A DNA stretch of 10,311 nt from Atribacterota bacterium (lineage in GTDB: Bacteria > Atribacterota > Phoenicimicrobiia > Phoenicimicrobiales > Phoenicimicrobiaceae). Position 1 is the first letter of the stretch; each line of letters begins with the position of its first letter. The stretch lies in NCBI GenBank assembly GCA_038203565.1, contig JBBRDV010000049.1:1-10311 (forward strand). Direction: 5' to 3'. A model generated the notes under the pieces. It did no database searches and was not told where the DNA came from. It was given only the letters and a program-made list of their open reading frames with translations. Position numbers and translations under genes: made by a program. Positions 8,462 through 10,311 of this stretch are shown piece by piece.

Positions 8462-8554
8462 TTACTTCCCTACTTTTTTCTTCCTGCCCCATATTAGATA
8501 TATTGCTATTATTACAATTACAATTCCTATAATCCAATACCACATACTTGACAT
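8462..8554 (-). CDS. Small 30-aa single-pass membrane peptide MSSMWYWIIGIVIVIIAIYLIWGRKKKVGK
   Basis: Strong RBS AAGGAGGTGA (8570-8561) 6 nt before ATG 8554; about 18 hydrophobic residues and a basic tail; promoter motifs upstream and a terminator downstream. Confidence 0.8.
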   Translation of the reverse strand: MSSMWYWIIGIVIVIIAIYLIWGRKKKVGK

Positions 8555-8649
8555 GCTATTTCACCTCCTTCCAATAAATTTTTAAACTTTCACTTTTACG
8601 ATTACTTTATTAAAAAATAATCTTTATTTATTATTCCTTACAATAAAAC

Positions 8650-8674
8650 ATTCGACATAATTTTTAAAAGTCCT
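8650..8674 (-). promoter_or_regulatory. SigH-like promoter upstream of the small peptide gene
   Basis: Minus strand gcAGGActtttaaaaattatgtcGAATg, 17-nt spacer. Confidence 0.55.
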
Positions 8675-8728
8675 GCTTAATTTTATAAATTTTATAAATT
8701 TTTTTAAGTAAATACATCTTCCTTTTTT

Positions 8729-8758
8729 ATATTATCTGCCTTTTTTTTAAATAGTCAA
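8729..8758 (-). promoter_or_regulatory. Possible sigma70 promoter upstream of the small peptide gene
   Basis: TTGACT (8758-8753) with GATAAT at a 16-nt spacer or TAATAT at an 18-nt spacer. Confidence 0.4.
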
Positions 8759-8897
8759 CTTAATTTTAAGGGATTATTCTCTTGTTTGCGCAAGGACAGG
8801 CTTATATTGCTTCTCAAAAATGGCTGGACAAAGAAATTAAAAGCATCGAAATATTTATTTTAGATTGTCTGCGTTTGGAGTATCCCACTTCCAATGT

Positions 8898-8931
8898 TGT
8901 TAAACGGGTTATATATATAACCCGTTTAACA
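8898..8931. repeat. Perfect 34-bp palindrome
   Basis: tgttaaacgggttatat|atataacccgtttaaca, with no spacer. Confidence 0.9.
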
Positions 8932-9360
8932 GGTTACTTCACCACAGCTGAACTGGAAAAAATTCAAGTCCAAACAAATAGGGCAAATAGGAGTTCAGAT
9001 CTTGCAATATAACAAAGGATAGGTTATATTGGCAACATGACCAGACTATAAGGGATAGAATTTAAAGGAGCATCACCTCCAGAGGAAATACCAAGCAAAT
9101 GATCTTTCTTCATGAGAAAGACTTTACTGATTACCTTTTCGTCTTATGTTGGAAAGTGATATTGCAAAGCGCAAAACCAAGAAAGAAAAAATGAATACGG
9201 GAGATGGATATGGATATTGAGATTAAAGAGACCAAAACTCTTTAAATAAATAGAGACACTTGTTAATGCTCAATAATTCGGGAACTTTTATCGGAAAACC
9301 TATGGAACCTGGAGAGTTATAGGATGCGTCCTTATTTAAATTATAGATGGAGAGGATTTT

Positions 9361-10311
9361 ATGAAATATCGAAAGTTTGGCTCAACCGGCTTTAAAGTAT
9401 CAGCTCTTGGATTGGGCTGCATGAGGCTTCCAACAAAAAAGTTGATACCCTTGCAGGTTGATATGCCCAAATCAATTCAACTGATTAAAAGTGCAGTGGA
9501 CAAAGGAATTAATTACCTGGATACTGCCTGGCCATATCATCTTGGTACCAGTGAAAAAATTGTGGGCATGGCACTGCAGGGGGGTTACAGAGAAAAAGTT
9601 CATTTGGTTACCAAGAGTCCGTTATTTTTGGTGAACAAAGCAGAAGATTTTGATAAATATTTAAATAAACAATTGAAAAAATTGCAAACGGATTATTTAG
9701 ATTCCTATCTTTTTCATGCAATGAATAGATCAGGGTTGGAAAAATTAAAAAAATATCATTTAATGGATAAAATGATAGAAGCTAAAAAGGAAGGTAAAAT
9801 AAAGTATATTGGTTTTTCATTTCACGATACCTTGCCGGTGTTTAAAGAGGTAGTAGATTTTTATCCTTGGGATGTCGTGCAAATACAATATAATTATATG
9901 GATACTGCGATTCAGGCAACGACCGAAGGCTTAAAATATGCCGCGGGAAAAGGAATGGCAGTGGTGATTATGGAACCTCTAAAAGGGGGAAGATTGGCCA
10001 ACCCGCCCGCTGAAGCATGGGAAGTGATAGAAAAGTCGAAGGTAAAAAGATCTCCGGTTGATTGGGCACTACAATATTTGTGGAACCTTCCGGAGGTATC
10101 TGTGGTCTTAAGCGGAATGAGCAACCTGCAGATGTTAAATGAGAATTGTGCCAGTGCTGACCGGTCCGGAGTAAGTTCTTTACATGAAGAAGATTTGAAT
10201 ATTATAGATGATTTAATTAAAATTTATCGTAAGAAAATATTAGTCCCCTGCACCTCCTGCAAATATTGCTTGCCTTGTCCTTCCGGGGTAAATATTCCCC
10301 AGAGTTTTGCT
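9361..10311 (+). CDS. Aldo/keto reductase with C-terminal 4Fe-4S-binding motif (COG1453-like); truncated by the window end
   Basis: Not in the ORF track because no stop falls in the window. Translates MKYRKFGSTGFKVSALGLGCMRLP...GINYLDTAWPYH...LVTK...YIGFSFHD...QIQYNYMD...IMEPLKGG...VLSGMS...VPCTSCKYCLPCPSGVNIP; RBS GGAGAGGA upstream. Confidence 0.92.
   Translation, partial: MKYRKFGSTGFKVSALGLGCMRLPTKKLIPLQVDMPKSIQLIKSAVDKGINYLDTAWPYHLGTSEKIVGMALQGGYREKVHLVTKSPLFLVNKAEDFDKYLNKQLKKLQTDYLDSYLFHAMNRSGLEKLKKYHLMDKMIEAKKEGKIKYIGFSFHDTLPVFKEVVDFYPWDVVQIQYNYMDTAIQATTEGLKYAAGKGMAVVIMEPLKGGRLANPPAEAWEVIEKSKVKRSPVDWALQYLWNLPEVSVVLSGMSNLQMLNENCASADRSGVSSLHEEDLNIIDDLIKIYRKKILVPCTSCKYCLPCPSGVNIPQSFA

Noticed and set aside
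8782..9012. 76-aa ORF, with ITRLTGYFT resembling the NrdD C-terminal motif
   Set aside because: TTG start; no CxxC zinc-ribbon cysteine pairs; the motif is largely encoded by the 34-bp palindrome, so the likeness is probably chance.
9912..10124. 70-aa minus-strand ORF
   Set aside because: Antisense shadow of the aldo/keto reductase.

Overview
AT-rich bacterial window, probably from an anaerobe (Firmicutes-like or Atribacterota-like regulatory signals; the taxon is inference). At the left end, the minus strand carries a complete lysine riboswitch (about 90-274) with a sigma70-type promoter, an antiterminator and a terminator; the gene it regulates lies outside the window. On the plus strand follow a DUF151/bifunctional-nuclease-UVR protein, an isolated hisC-like aminotransferase and clpB. 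Convergent on the minus strand are a DUF5668/LiaF-like membrane protein and an exported TPR protein. The region 7.3-9.35 kb is mostly non-coding or decayed: a cdaR-like pseudogene, short tandem repeats, palindromes, and a 30-aa single-transmembrane peptide gene missing from the ORF track, with its own RBS, promoter and terminator. The window ends inside an aldo/keto reductase with a C-terminal Fe-S motif. A SigH-like motif (AGGA-N17-GAAT) recurs four times in intergenic DNA. No clearly new multi-gene system can be supported; the best leads are the small peptide unit, the riboswitch expression platform, the SigH-like motif set and the palindromes/repeats.
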